Part shown: one piece after another, positions 26,852-40,666 of the stretch
Layout of the letters: each line of letters starts with the position of its first letter
How positions within the stretch are numbered: position 1 is the first letter of the stretch
From: Octopus vulgaris
Lineage: Eukaryota
Direction of reading: 5' to 3'
NCBI GenBank assembly: GCA_951406725.2
Contig: OX597815.1
Coordinates: 111,166,001-111,230,000 of the forward strand
DNA: 64,000 nucleotides
The notes under the pieces: generated by a model
Seen by the model: the letters and a program-made list of their open reading frames with translations, nothing else
What the model was told of the DNA's origin: nothing
The model's database searches: none
Translations under genes and position numbers: made by a program

Positions 26852-27590
26852 GTGTGTGTGTGTTTTATTTGTGTGTATATGTGTCAATGTCTGCCGTCCC
26901 ACCACCGCTTGATAACTGGTGCTGGTGTGTCTATGGTCCCGTAAGTTGGCGGTTCAGTAAAAAGACCGACAGAATAAGTACTAGGCTTTTAAAAATAAAT
27001 ACTGGAGTAGATTCGTTCGACTAAAATTCTTCAAGATATTGTCCCAGCATGGCCGCAGTCTAATCACTGAAACGTTTAAGAAAATAAAAGAACATAAATT
27101 CACAACGTAAAACGGCACGAGTGTCGCAAGCCACTTCACTAATTCTGTGTCAATTGTGTCATTCATGCTACTTTTCCCGTTACCACAAATTTACTTAAAT
27201 ATTATTAACGCAGCTATATCATGTTGAAATGATGTCCTTTGATAAAACCTAAAGAACTTTAACTTGCTTAATGTGTCTGGTAATATTACAATGGACTGGA
27301 CTTCGACTCGATAGAAACACAAAATGTCGGCCTTAACAAATTCTTATCTAACAAATCTTCCCATTTCTGTTTATTTATTTATTTATCTATTTATTTACTT
27401 TTTTGCTTATTCATTTATCTATTTATTTATCTATTTATTTATTTTGAAATAATTCACTTCACAACTATTGTTATTAGTAATCGATTTCTCGCCTGATATT
27501 TGTTTGCTGTCTCTATTTTCTAATATCGTACAACACATTGTTACATAATATTTTCTTCATAATTACTACATTAAATTTACTCGCAATTGT
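25760..27590 (-). pseudogene. Decayed D5-like (SF3) helicase/primase-helicase relic, split by two insertions
   Basis: D5_N-like KILCNNVLYDI (~27555-27523; consensus F.NGVYDL); ILPD..FFRF..ALIIFK*ICGNGKSS (Walker A, GNGKSS 27184-27167); DT.I.GR (~26570); motif C-like LILITN..PVD.KI..FSSK (25888-25871 onward). Correct order once the SINE (26640-27095) and the ~25900-26520 repeat are removed. Confidence 0.6.
26640..27095 (+). mobile_element. SINE family A
   Basis: Matches 5880-6262, with internal (TA)n. Confidence 0.88.
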
Positions 27591-28084
27591 ATTTCTACTA
27601 ACCTATCTGTCTGTCTGTAACTTTCTTGTACTATATATTTGTATACATACATGCATACATATACAAATAGACAGATAAACAAATAGAGAGAAAGAGAGAG
27701 TGAAAGAGGTGTTTGTGTGTGTATATGTTTGCTTGGGTGTGCGCGCGCTAGTGTACAGAGCGGAAAAGAGATTAAATTTGTTATACAATTTGCTGACTAT
27801 CCGAATATTGGGAGGATATATTCTTAGAAATTTCAGGATGTCACTGAATTTTGATGAAATTTAGGGTATAATGAGCCGCTTTATATGACGAAGTTTCTGA
27901 AAATAAATTGCTTCTCGCAGAATATCAAGATTCTGGCACACTCCTTGAATTTAATACATGTGTGTGAGATATTAAAATGAACCCCTTGCTTGTCTATGTA
28001 CTGGACCCCCCAGAATATGAGTAATCGACATAAAGTTTTTTGTCGGACGCCAGTGTTTAGCAATTAAGGTTTTGATTTAGAAAG

Positions 28085-31000
28085 ATAAAACTGAACTATT
28101 ACTCTGGAATTATGATAGAACTGTTTTCCTATTAAGGGAGATTAGAAGCGTGACAAAATCTAGCACAAATGTTAAGAAGGACGTGAATTGCTTTGAAAAA
28201 TGTCAAAACAAATATCAGAGTAAACGACTATTGAAAACCCAATTTAACGACATATACACACGCACACACATACACACGCTGTTATTCACATTAGAAACCT
28301 ACTATATATGTAATCAGTAACTTAATGATAGTGTTTACAGAAAGAAAAATCAGTGAATACCACACATCTGATATTAAGAATAATGTGTTAGATGCGGCTA
28401 TCAGGAATCTGTCTAAATACTAAACAGTATAGATTGTCCAGAATTGCTTGTTTAAACAGTAATGTCGTACATAATCAAGAATAATGTATGTATACAAGTA
28501 TAATATGAAACAAAATATTAGATATTCTTGATAAATTTGGAGGTAAATGATGATCACGGGATGGAGCCTGCATCTTCTGATTCGACTGTTCCTGATACTG
28601 TACAAACATACGAATTATACATATGTGTATGCTTGTTTATGTAAAACACAGACATTCACCTACACTCATAACTCCGTACAAATACTTATATGTATTATTG
28701 ATATTTGAAGCATCTATCATCTATATACTTTCAAAACTGCTATGGCAGCATACATTAATCAACATTTACCAACGAACAATCCTATATCCTGCAATCGTTG
28801 AGACTTATCTGTCTTATGGAAATCATTAGCACAGGATATGCAATATCTGTATAAAAATCTAACTTTGTTGAAAAGTTTCGTTATCAATACGTACGAATTA
28901 ACTTCAACTGCGAATCATTGATATTCGGAATTACCTGTATATTCCAATACAGAAAACAAAAGATAATAACTCTTTGGTTACTAATTTTCCCATATTATTT
29001 TCAGACTATTTTCATTTATTTAACTCACAGTTATATAATTCTCTAAAACGGTATTGGCAATTTGCTTTCAATATCTGTATTTATCCTTGCAAATAACATT
29101 TAGATTTAGTTTTATACAAATGTTTTTGAAGATTAGATTACAGTTCAAAACTAGATTCTGGATTATTTCGATGATAGGAATAAATTTCGTTGATGTACAC
29201 AATAAAAGTAAATAAAGAGTAGTGTGTTTGATCAGAATGATTGGGAAACAGCTCACCGATTATATACAAAACAAATTATTTAACTGAGTGGCTATCAAGC
29301 AGCTAAAATGTCCCAAATCGAATATCGTCAAATTCATTGGATTATTTCGGACATAAAAAGATTTAAGTATAGTTTTAGAAGGACAACATATTTTCTATAA
29401 AACGTGTTGAAATACCCCCAAAGTAGACGTGAATTAACTTTAAAGGAAACGGGATTTAACTCTATAGGAGACGTCGTATCTCGAAGCAAGAAATTATTAG
29501 ACTGAACACAGTGTTCCTTTTCTTCAAATATTCTATTTGCTGGAGTTATAAGCAAAATAATGCTGTATATGATGAAATGAATTTTGATTTTCTAGAGAAG
29601 ATCAAAGAAATAGAACGAGGAAGAATTTTGATAAATCCCTCTGCGCTTCTCGGTATCAAAAAGGAGTCAACAGCTCTCAATGAATAGATATAATAGTAAT
29701 GGAAATTGTTTCTGGATGTTCTACTTCAAAAATATCACTAATACATTATGGAGTATCAGATACATATAAATATAATACTAGTTTACCTTCTTAATTGTCC
29801 GGTAACGTTCACATGTCATAACATGCCTTAATTTATGAATTTATAATTACTGTTTATCAGCTGCAATGCCATTTTCACCATTTACCTATATTACTGTTAC
29901 TGAACTCTGTTTCACATTACATTGAGCACTTTAAATTTAGCATCGAATGCTTATTATGTCTTGAACCTCGTTGTTAGCACACGAGTAAATAACAAATCTA
30001 TGGACTTGACTTTGAACACAATAGATGCTAAAGTGGCAAATATTATAAAATTGGGGAATAATTTAAAAATGATTGAAGGTTGTACAAAAGAAGGATATAT
30101 TTTTACGAGAATATGACTGTAATCGTACTGAAAAGGCTTTCTGGAAACTAGTGTAAGAAATATTTAAACTGTTATTTATAACCAATTGCCCAATCGAAAA
30201 TTCAGAGTAAAATTGATTTTTTGAACATTGTAAATGTACTGCTTTGCACCTCAATCTTCCCTTGGTTGGGTTGACAAAAAATAAAACAAGCTCTCATGAA
30301 ATAAACGGCTTCTAAATTTAACTATTTAACTTGCCGAAATGGACAAAATTGACTTTCTGTCACCAAAAGTACTTTTTCAAACCAACTGGTAACAAATGTT
30401 TGATTACTATTCAATCCGGGAACTGTTAAGTACCGTATTAACTGGCATACAAGAGACAATCTGTATATTTTCAAATGTATCGAAACGATAGCCGTGTGAC
30501 TGTATTACGGATGAGAGGCTGAATGTTTGGGATACGGTGAAGTTTGAGCACAATAATAGTAACCAAAATTAAAATACTGAGAACTGCCCAAACTTCACAA
30601 TCCGTTAGCACAAACTTTCGAAACGTTGTTTGTGTTTTATGTGCCGTTATGTAGAAAAGTCACATTATTTCATTATATCTCCCTCCCCAGAATGCAAAAT
30701 CCATACTTGATATGTGTTTACATTATTTATTGACTGTGTTACTCATAAGAATCTTTTAAAATTATCTACAGGAAAATTTTCCATTCACCTTTCAGTTATT
30801 TACAATGAGTGGATAACAATAAAATCATAGCGATGGTGTCTCACTGATGGTTGTTCGCGGTAACAAAATATCATAGGCAAAACTACGAGTTAGTTTTACA
30901 TACTATATGACAATTCTCCAGACCAAAATTGAAACAAATATGCAGTCGATGTGAAAGGAGATAACGCTGAAACACTGTACTCACATAACGTAACTTTATA

Positions 31001-31110
31001 ATTTATTCCAGTATACCGTCAAACATTGTATTTATATGCTTAGAATCATAGATTTCCACATACAGAACCATAAGAAAATAAGTTTCAATAAATGTATGAT
31101 ACAAAATAGT
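28085..31110 (+). pseudogene. Near full-length decayed Polinton pPolB relic 2 (endonuclease VII type)
   Basis: Colinear: ELLLW..C.KC; VNDDH (28543; consensus VRDHCH); THNS (ExoII-like, 28667); NLTLLKSF (consensus LRFIDSF); LDYFDDRNKF (29158); DQNDWETAHRLY; FDFLEKIKEIERG (consensus F.E.GIRGG); motif A-like LIYEF..YNYCLSAAMPFSPF (~29828-29883); motif B-like KYFFKPTGNKC (~30367); SILDMC (30700); motif C-like VIYNE (~30795); IIGK; RPK; MYDTK. Confidence 0.8.
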
Positions 31111-31559
31111 AAAGTTAGTTCTTCCACGAAATATAATTGTAAAATAGAGGTGCATCTTATGCGAGAGTGAGTCTTACACGCTGACAAATGTGCTAATTAG
31201 TTTTTCAAAACTTTTCGATGGAATTGGCCTTTTATTGAAATATTTCTAACATTTTTTTCTGGCTCGATAATTGAAGACGTGAAAAATCCACTTAACACCA
31301 AAAGTAATAATGTTAATAGCACCCTAGAAATTATTAAGCTTGAAAGCCGTCACGCTAGACCATTAGAACATTGTGATTACAGCATTTTACGCACAAAGGA
31401 AACCTCAATATTCGAAACGAAGTATATAATTACAATATTAGATTTTATGCTGTCACTTAATATCAAGATTAATTTTAAATATCTGTATCTTAATTAGAAG
31501 AAAAAAATCATTACGCTATAGATCTTATACTAAACAAGTTTCCGTTACTTTACACTCAC

Positions 31560-31850
31560 ACTTCATGCAATGTCCAGCCTCTTGAGTTTTGCTAAGTACT
31601 TTTCACCTAAATTATTTCTCAAATCAATTAAAAAGGTCACACAGTTATTTAAACTACACATAATTGATCGCAAATGAAATAGGACAATTATAAAATATAA
31701 TGAAGATACTTTATTAAAATCAATTGATGTGAAGATCAAGTTGTTGCGAACTTATTCTTCACATTTAACAATATATGTCCAATAAATTTAGAGATCTCGG
31801 TTTTTCAGTTTAGTTTTTAATATCGAAATCGATAACATAAATTCTAAAAT
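31560..31850 (-). pseudogene. Possible Polinton minor capsid (penton) C-terminal relic
   Basis: LDIYC..FLIDLRNNLGEK vs recalled LYVYCD..I.IDIRD..G; weak. Confidence 0.25.
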
Positions 31851-32134
31851 GAGTTAAGATAAACAGTTTGATTGCATTGTAATCCATAAGAAACGAGTGA
31901 TTAACAGGAGGATATGTAATTTACATATCATTGCATTTCTGGTAAGCCAAAGGATGTTAAGGCTGTATTGCATATTATATTAAGAAACATACAAAACATT
32001 GCTTCAAGGATGAGAATATATCAGCATAAGTTTCGCAAATATTTTCTTGTTAGTGATACAATAAATTGTATCTCTGTTATACATAACAAATCACAGATGC
32101 AGAGAAAATATTCGATAGTAAAATTATATACACC

Positions 32135-32138
32135 AATA

Positions 32139-32210
<72 letters not shown>

Positions 32211-32233
32211 TAATAATAATAATAATAATAATA
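32135..32233. repeat. (AAT)n microsatellite
   Basis: Seen directly. Confidence 0.97.
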
Positions 32234-32234
32234 T

Positions 32235-32566
32235 GGAGTATCATAGCCGTGTGTTGAAAGGAATTGTTAAAGGTTTGGATAATTCACCTTTGGAAACATG
32301 GCTGGTTCGTTCAACATCCTTAGACAATCCTTATCCAAGGACCTTTTGAGCGGGATGGTTTACTCGACCAGAAGAAAATTCTAACTGGGCTCCACCACCA
32401 AGGTCATGCGCTATTTATCTTCGATAGGAGATGACCATGTCGTGCACATGTGGTCGTGATGCGTGTGCCTAGTGCACCATTATCAGACGGGTAGTCATGA
32501 TGTGTATACTGGGCTTTATATATTTTACCCCAATGTTACTTTGATGGCATGCACTGCTCTCTCACT
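32235..32566. mobile_element. Family D retroposon, partial and inverted relative to the 16098 copy
   Basis: Reverse complement of ~16098-16430. Confidence 0.8.
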
Positions 32567-32764
32567 CAACAACAACAACAACAACAACAAAAACAACAAC
32601 AACAACAACAATAATAATAATAATAATGATAATAGCAATGACGAAAATCTGCTGCAATATACCAGGTCCCATATTATTATTGATAATTTTAAATGCCATA
32701 GACAGAACGATGGTGGTAATGATAATCATTGTAGTTATGGAGCCGATACCATGCAAGCACGTTA

Positions 32765-32854
<90 letters not shown>

Positions 32855-33489
32855 ACATATACATGCATGTGTATATACAAAAAAGAGAGGAAGAACAGAG
32901 ACGGGATCTCAATAACAACTCACATGGGAACCCCACGACCCACTCATGAAATCATGATGCCATAATACAAGGAACGAATTAACGGCAAGAATGAAGCTAT
33001 AGCCGATCATGGTGAAGGTTTCCGACCAGGCACGTCCGTAACCACCGGCATCATGGACGGTTGTTATGTCACAATAGATCACATACATTTTGCTCTTAAA
33101 AACAGACATAAGTAAACGAAGGAAGAGTACGATAAACTTATTGAATATCATATAAGAGCAAAGCTGGAAATAAGTCGCGGAGTAGGCCGACGTATATTGA
33201 AATTTTGGATGGAAAAGAACATGTGTCCAATGTCAGAGAATAAACCAAGTGAGAGTGATAAGGAGGAAGTATTAGTGAGACTCTGAGAGACCATGCGGAT
33301 GGGCTAGAAAGGATGGTCGGAGTTGAAAACAGAGAGGTAGAAGTTGAAAGCAGGGAGAAGAGTAGACGGGAGGAACGGGGAAATGGTGATGGACTGTTAA
33401 GGATGAGGAACAGGAACGTTATACAGTGAAACCTGATACTGTGGTGGGTGGGCATGCAGGTGAAATGAACCAAGTTGATGAATGATCCA

Positions 33490-34915
33490 AAATCCCCATG
33501 AATCTGAGAAGGGTAGATAGAATTATGATAAATAAAGTAACACGAAAGATAAATACTGTCATACCATACATTCAGACGGAGGACATCACAAACAAGGAAT
33601 CTTGTCCGAGCTATTGCGCTACTTGTCGAGAAATTTCAGCTTAAGGGAACAAAAATTACTGGAGCAAAAGAACCATGATGGAAACGATGCATTGAACGGG
33701 ACTATACGGGCAAGGCAAGATCTAGGAAAAATTGAGCATGGGTTAAGAGGAAATTGGAAAAATGGGAAAAAGACCGACCCAGAAAAATTAGAGAAGAAAT
33801 ATAAAATACGGAAGAATGGGTTTGATGCAGTAATAGAGCAGTTAAAACAGAGGATCATTGTAATGAAAGATAGAAGAAAGGGGAAAAGTGTGGGAAACTA
33901 CCGTCTCATAACATGCCAAAATATAATCTGGAAGATACTCATTTGAATATGTACGGCAAACACATGCACTTTCTAGCTACAGAAACAAATACTACAAAGG
34001 GAACAAAAAGAATGTAGGAATAATTCTCAGGGTACCACGGATCACCTGGTCACCGATAAAAAAGTTTTGAGGCATTGTAAAAAGCATCATACAAACATGT
34101 CTATGGCTTAGATTGACTTTAAGAAGGCATATCATATGGTGCCTCATTCTTGGATCGTTGAATGCCTGCAGATATTTGGTGTTGCTGACAACATCACAAG
34201 GTTTCTGATGCATAGTATGAAAGAGTGGAAAACCAAACTGTACTCAAGTAATGTATTCCTTGGAGATGTTAATATTAAAAGGGGAATCTTCCAAGGTGAC
34301 TCGTTTTCTCCTTTACTTTTTCTAATTGCACTAATATCCATAACAATGACATTTAGGAAAGTTAAGATGGGTTACCGATGTGGGAAGAAAGGCCCATCGT
34401 TGAACTATCTTCTGTTTATGGATGACCTGAAATTGTTTGGGAAATATGAAAAACAGATAGATTCATTAACCAAAATAGTCCAGACATGTGGTAGGGACAA
34501 CGGTATTTGGGATTACCAAATACTCAGTACTTAATATGAAAAGAGGGAAGAAAGCAGCCTGCAGAGGATTGCGGATAACATCAGGAGAAACCATAGGCGA
34601 ACTCGACAGTAGTGGGTATAGCTATTTAGGGATTTTGGAGCTGGATGACAATCTACACAGAGAAATGAAAGTCAAGGTCAGCGAGGCGTATTAAAAAAGA
34701 ACGTGTTGAAATCCAACCTAAATGTCAAAGATTCAATTCTCGCAATGAATATCTGGGTAGTTGCAGTGGTCAGATATAGTGCGTCCATCCTCAAATGGAC
34801 TAAAGAGGAAATATCAACACTGGATAGAAGGACGAGAAAGTTGATGACGCTGCATGGAGCACCACACCCTAAATCAAACGTAATGTATATGAAAAGAAAG
34901 AAAGAAATTTGGTAA
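33490..34915 (+). mobile_element. R4/Dong-type LINE RT fragment
   Basis: NYRLITC, IDFKKAY..VPHSWI, RGIFQGDSFSPLLF, LLFMDDLKLFGK, LDRRTRKLMTLHGAPHPKS. Confidence 0.92.
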
Positions 34916-35242
34916 TTTAAGAATTAAGGAAGCTGTCCTCATAGACAGATTAGGGCCCCAAATTAACAACAGGCTGGAGGTTGGTAATCAATATCTTATG
35001 TAGATACATCTGGATGCGTGTAGGTTCATTTTTGATAACATGCTCATGTATTATGAAAATAAGAAAGAAAGAAAGAAAGAAACTGCAATATAATACATAA
35101 CCTAGAAACAGCGCTGCCTTCACGCACTTCTCATGAGGAATTCCGGAAGGAGCTTCGTGAGACCACTACAGAAACACTACTAGAGAGAAATTCAATAACC
35201 ATTGGAAAACCGATCATTGCAGTGATTCGATCAATTCCTAAC

Positions 35243-35290
35243 GATATCTGAAGAAGGAATTTTCGTATTCCGAAATATTATTATTATATC
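35243..35290 (+). ncRNA. Type I hammerhead ribozyme with intact core
   Basis: Stem I gatat/atatc; CTGAAGA 35248-35254; stem II ggaat/attcc (loop tttcgt); GAAA 35272-35275; 3-bp stem III; AUU cleavage triplet. Confidence 0.7.
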
Positions 35291-35334
35291 AGACTATGGA
35301 TAATTAAATTATAACAGTTATTATAGTCCACTCT

Positions 35335-35408
35335 GCATTGTTTTGTCATTCAAGACATTATATTTTACAAACAATACACAATGCTTCAAGGGAACTAAAA
35401 TATTCTCA

Positions 35409-35461
<53 letters not shown>

Positions 35462-36710
35462 TGATGATGATGATGATGATGATGATAATAATACTAATAT
35501 TTTCTTGCTATTGTATCTCGAAGTGCATAAATGTTATAAATAATAGAAGGCATTGTGTTCGACTTGAAAATTCTGATGTCCTAAAGGGTTTTAATAACTC
35601 AATATTTACATATTATTTATAAGATTTATATGGTATGAGATACAATTCCCCACAAAATTATTTCGGGTTCTCTGAAAATTTTATAAATTCTTATGACGGC
35701 AAGTACTAACAATATTTATTTCGTTTTTGTACTGCGCATATAAGTGCTACTGTCTCTAACTTACAGTCACTCTGTATCTGTCTTGGCGTTCGTATCTCTT
35801 GCAAACCTACCGTATATTTTTCTCCTTCATGCTGTTATTAAAATAAGATTAATGATTTTGTACTTTAAATAAAACTTACTCTTCTAACGAACACGTTAAC
35901 ACTTGTGCTTTGGTAATGAAAATATTTCGCCAATGAGTAAAATGATGGTCATTATAATTCGAAAAATTATACCTGCACTGCCAGTCAATGTTGATTTTGC
36001 TTTTATGATTTCTGGGATTCTACAGAAGGACAGTTGATTTGCGGAAATTTTAGTGTCGTCTACCAAGTAAGATTTCCCTATATTTTACCTCATTTTAGAG
36101 TTGTTTTGATATAGAACTAACCTCTAGACCAGTTAAGACCACCTGTTGCAAATGTTCTGGTCAGATTTCTGGTTTGTGTAAAAATTATTTTCTTCCGCGC
36201 ATCACATTCTGAGTCTCTAAAAAATAAATGATCATGTGCTCAGAACCTCTTGCCCCTACTATCCTTTAAAAATTAGATTATACTCGTTGTATTTGTGGCT
36301 GCATGTTTAATCAATCAGAAGGGCAATCATAAAAGAAAGCGTTTTTGCCGAAACTACAGGCGAAGATGAGCTAAAAATTAAGCAAAATTGTTCGTAGTAG
36401 GAAAGAAATATTGTATACGGAATCCGATTAGAACTTGCACGCACGCACGCACTTACATGCACTCTTACGGACATAATTGGAGCCGATCATAAGGGGGATA
36501 ACTTTGTCTCACCCAAACTTTTGCCAGTAGAGATTTGATCCGGAATAATTTGGCTTACAAAATTAACTGACCATGATATTTTAATCCCTCTAACTTTTGA
36601 GAGGTTGTGATGTCAGCTATTTCAGTCTGACGAGTCGCCTCTACAACTAAGGGCTTTATAGGTGTGGAAACAATGGTCACACTCTGACCGGCCATAACAA
36701 ACGACCTTCC
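35335..36710 (+). pseudogene. Decayed pPolB relic (VSR-insert type), exonuclease to palm region
   Basis: FKGTKIFS (35385; consensus NGTKI), LKGF..IF, PQNYFG, ENFINSY..YLFRF, YCL..VTL, CALVMKIFRQ (~35904; consensus ASACMRIFR), ICGCMF (consensus IWECEF), KESVF, SHP..FGL, SHSDR. Confidence 0.65.
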
Positions 36711-36721
36711 AATAATATATG

Positions 36722-36755
<34 letters not shown>

Positions 36756-38685
36756 GGTACATGCATGTATCCATATACGCATGTATAGCTAGGTGGCTAG
36801 ATTTCAATATATACAAAGACACATACATAAATACACACACACATATACATGCATAACCACTTAGAACTCATATAGATAGACGAATATATGCTTGAACACC
36901 CGGGTAAGCTAAACGTGCATCCAGTTTGCAATTGCGTAATGCTGCTATTTCGTTTCCTTTGCATCGCTAATGCCGGTGGGAAAATCGAATACGCCACAAA
37001 TCCGATTTCTAATTCATCTATCTGTGTGATTATAAACTTTATCGCTACGCATATCCCATTAATGATTTATAAAGACGGACAGTAACTCTCAGAAACGCCA
37101 ATGATAAAAGCAAATTGACTGAAACTGTGTCAAATGAGCCATTGTGTACAGCAGTAATTTCAAGGAATGAAAGATCTATTGTCTATTAAAATCCCCATAC
37201 AGCACTGAACTGACAGAAGAAAGTCTATAGCTATAAAGTCTGTAACTACAGGGGTCACAAGAAGAAAGCAAAAAGAAAATAATAGAAGAAAGTGACTTTA
37301 GAATAATTGGTTGTCAACACACATATTTATTTTGTGGACTATCTCCTGGGAAACGAATGGGATATAGTTTTGAAAGATATAGGTTTACAATTATTCTTCG
37401 AATATTGAAGTAATAATGTTGGACAAGGTAGTGGGGAAAATAAAAATGTTTACGATAATAAAAGAGTATCGAAGAATTCATAATTGAAAATATGTAATGC
37501 TGGCGTAGAATAACTTCATAATAGTTCTTCTTGTATTAAACCGTCAATAAAGAAGCAGCATTACTGGTTGTGAAAAAAATGTGCCAGAAAAGAAGGAATT
37601 GTGATTGATAGTTATAGTATGGATGAGGAAGAAGAGAAAGTGAGCAAAAAACATATATTGATAAATGTAAAAGGAGGAGCGAAAATCGGAAAAAACCAAA
37701 CAAACATTATAGAGAGCAAAGAAAAAGAACTGGAACGTAAGAAAGGATGAATAAACTAATGAAGAAGAATTAGAATTGAATGAAAATTAGGATGGAATGA
37801 ACCGAGAGAAAATGAAATAAACAAAACTAAAATATCAGCATTTAAATATGAACGGGCGATAATTTGAAAGAATATTATAAGTGTGAGTGTGAAATTAAGA
37901 ACGTGCCTGGCAGGAAACAGAAGAATGAAAGGATATAACTCATGGAATAAAATAAGGTATCAGCGATTTGCCTGACGTGTTATTAGCACATAAAATTAAA
38001 TTGATTTTACTGAATTTCATGTGCAGTAGTAATGATCTTAGTAATGTCACCACCTAGTTGCTGCACATTGCAAGGAACTGGTTATAATCCTGCATATTCG
38101 CGAGCAAAGCCTTTCTTCCATTACACCATATTTACTTCACTGACAATTGCTGAATTGAGTTAACCGGTTTTGATAGGCAACCTAGCAAATGTAGTGCGAA
38201 GGATATTAATCTTGCATGTGATAAGTACATACCGTTACATTTCGCCAGTTATATGGTACTAGACTAACAACTGTGAAAACAAAAACAAAAAAACATTTAA
38301 TAGATCAAAATTAATTGAATACTTCTAAAAAAATATTTTTTCCTTGAAATGAGTAGAATAATAAACTTTTTGATAGTACTCATAAATCTGCGCAATTTTT
38401 TTTTATCTAACCTGGACATATTTATAAGATTGTATCTCGCTTCACCTTCCAAACTTAGCTGAGGTGAACCATGGATCATTGATACTATAACTATTTTTAG
38501 TAACACCAATAATTCCTAAAATACACTTTATTCCTTCAGCTTGCTGATTCCTTCAGCTTCACCTTGAATGGCAGTAAATAACAGAGTGCTCTCGATACAG
38601 TTGACACGCGTGTAGCTCCACGAAAGAATGCTGTAAATAGAATTATAGATATGGAAAATCTCCGTTCTCCCGATCATTAGTAATA

Positions 38686-38810
<125 letters not shown>

Positions 38811-39469
38811 GGAGAATTTGCTTTGGGAGTTTCAAAATGCACCTGCATTTGAAAAATGTGTAGTTGTTTTTAAATACATTTATTCACATACGTACCAAAC
38901 TAGTTTCAACATATTTTTGTTTATCAATAGTACAAATAGATATTTAATAGAGTTTAAAATTACTAAGTAGAAATCGAATAAACATGTTTAAACGATCAAA
39001 TATTCACATAAAATGCAGTGAGTTTCACAGGAATAGATAATATCAGAATAAATTTTTAGCGAAGAATATATCAAACGTACATGCTAAAAGTTCGGTAATA
39101 TTGAGATTTTATGGAATATGTGGACTTGAGAAAGACAAGGAAAAAAGAGCAAAAAAAGAAGTTTTTTTAAAAAAAAAGACAGTTTCTGTCGTCAAGCATT
39201 TAGTTCTCTTTTCGGAAATTCTTTTGGGGAATAAGAGAATATATTCTGTACATATGTCTTTACGCGAAAGGATCTAATGTTGCTTCGTTATAATTTTGAT
39301 GACGTCATATTCTTTCTGGTGGATTTTTTTTTATCAAAAAGTAGATTTTGTTTTGGCATGAATGTTTTGGTTGGCTGGTTGGTTGAGTGGGTGGGAGTTG
39401 ATTAGTTGGTTGGTTGCTTACTTGTTTGGTTCCCTGTACATAGGAACAAGATTTGATTGGTAATAGATT

Positions 39470-39685
39470 TGTGTGACTGTGATTGTCACCCATCATCGCT
39501 TGACAACCGATGCTAGTGTGTTTACGTCTCCGTTACGCAGCAGTTCGGCAAAAGAGACCGATAGAATAAGTACTAGGCTTAGAAAGAATAACTCCTGGGG
39601 TCGATTTGTTCGACTAAATGTGGTGCTCCAGTATGGCCGCAATCAAATGACTGAAACAAGTAAAAGATTAAAAGAATAAAAGAAT
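39470..39685 (+). mobile_element. SINE family A, 3' half
   Basis: catcgcttgacaaccgatgc..gaccgatagaataagtact..taaaaga tail. Confidence 0.85.
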
Positions 39686-40606
39686 TCATATGCATGTGGG
39701 GAAGGGAAAGATGGGAAAGCAATTAAAGAGGAAAGAAAGGAAAAACGTACACGAAATAATTACAATAAATAAAGGAAATCAAACAAATGCAATTAGAATC
39801 CTGTAGTTCCTGTAGTGTCTTCTAATTCCTTAGGTCACCATTTCACAGCTGAAGATATCGCACAAATACTCTACGTATTAGTTAAATTGATCTTTGTAAC
39901 ATATCCTGACCCTGAATATATTTATGGGAGTTGTGATCCAAGCAATATGTTAACTGTGTGTTTCGTTATTTACATCAGCAAATGAGATATTTTCTTAAGT
40001 ACTTGCATATAGAGAGATGATGATTTTGAATGTAAGTCATGTCGGTCAAAAGTTTATAAACCTGTAGTACTCAAAACAGATTGAAACAGATTGAAAATAA
40101 CGGCTATTCGGTAACTATGCCAAAATCATGTTAACTCGGTAATACGTATTAACAGTGAAGTGTAGCGGAAAAAATAATCGCACTTGCTGTAAAAACGAAC
40201 AGTAAAACAAGATAATAATATGAAGGTGAATATAGGAAGGGGGATCAAGTATTGAAAGCGAGAATAAAGAAACACGAAGAAGATACGAAAGAATACATTA
40301 ATGAACAATGATATAAAGCAGTTTTCAAGACCCAGAGGAGAAGATTCAAAGAAATTGTTGAAGTAGATGTAAAATGAATTTGCCAAAAATTCGGGAACGA
40401 TTAATAAATAGAGAGAATGAAACGAATATCTATTGCCAAAAATACAAGAAGAAAATAATAAAAATTGACTCTTCAAGAGAAAAAGAACTTAAGAAATGAT
40501 AGAAAATGAGGATAAATAGAGAAATGCCTGAAAGAGGTCGCAATCAAAACGTCCACATAAAAGAAAGGGAATGGAAAAGTTCTGCTAAATAAAGATATGA
40601 ATATAC

Positions 40607-40666
<60 letters not shown>

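Noticed and set aside
30840-30875. Sola-like DGCS..QN motif
   Set aside because: Falls inside the pPolB relic 2 C-terminus, just before IIGK.
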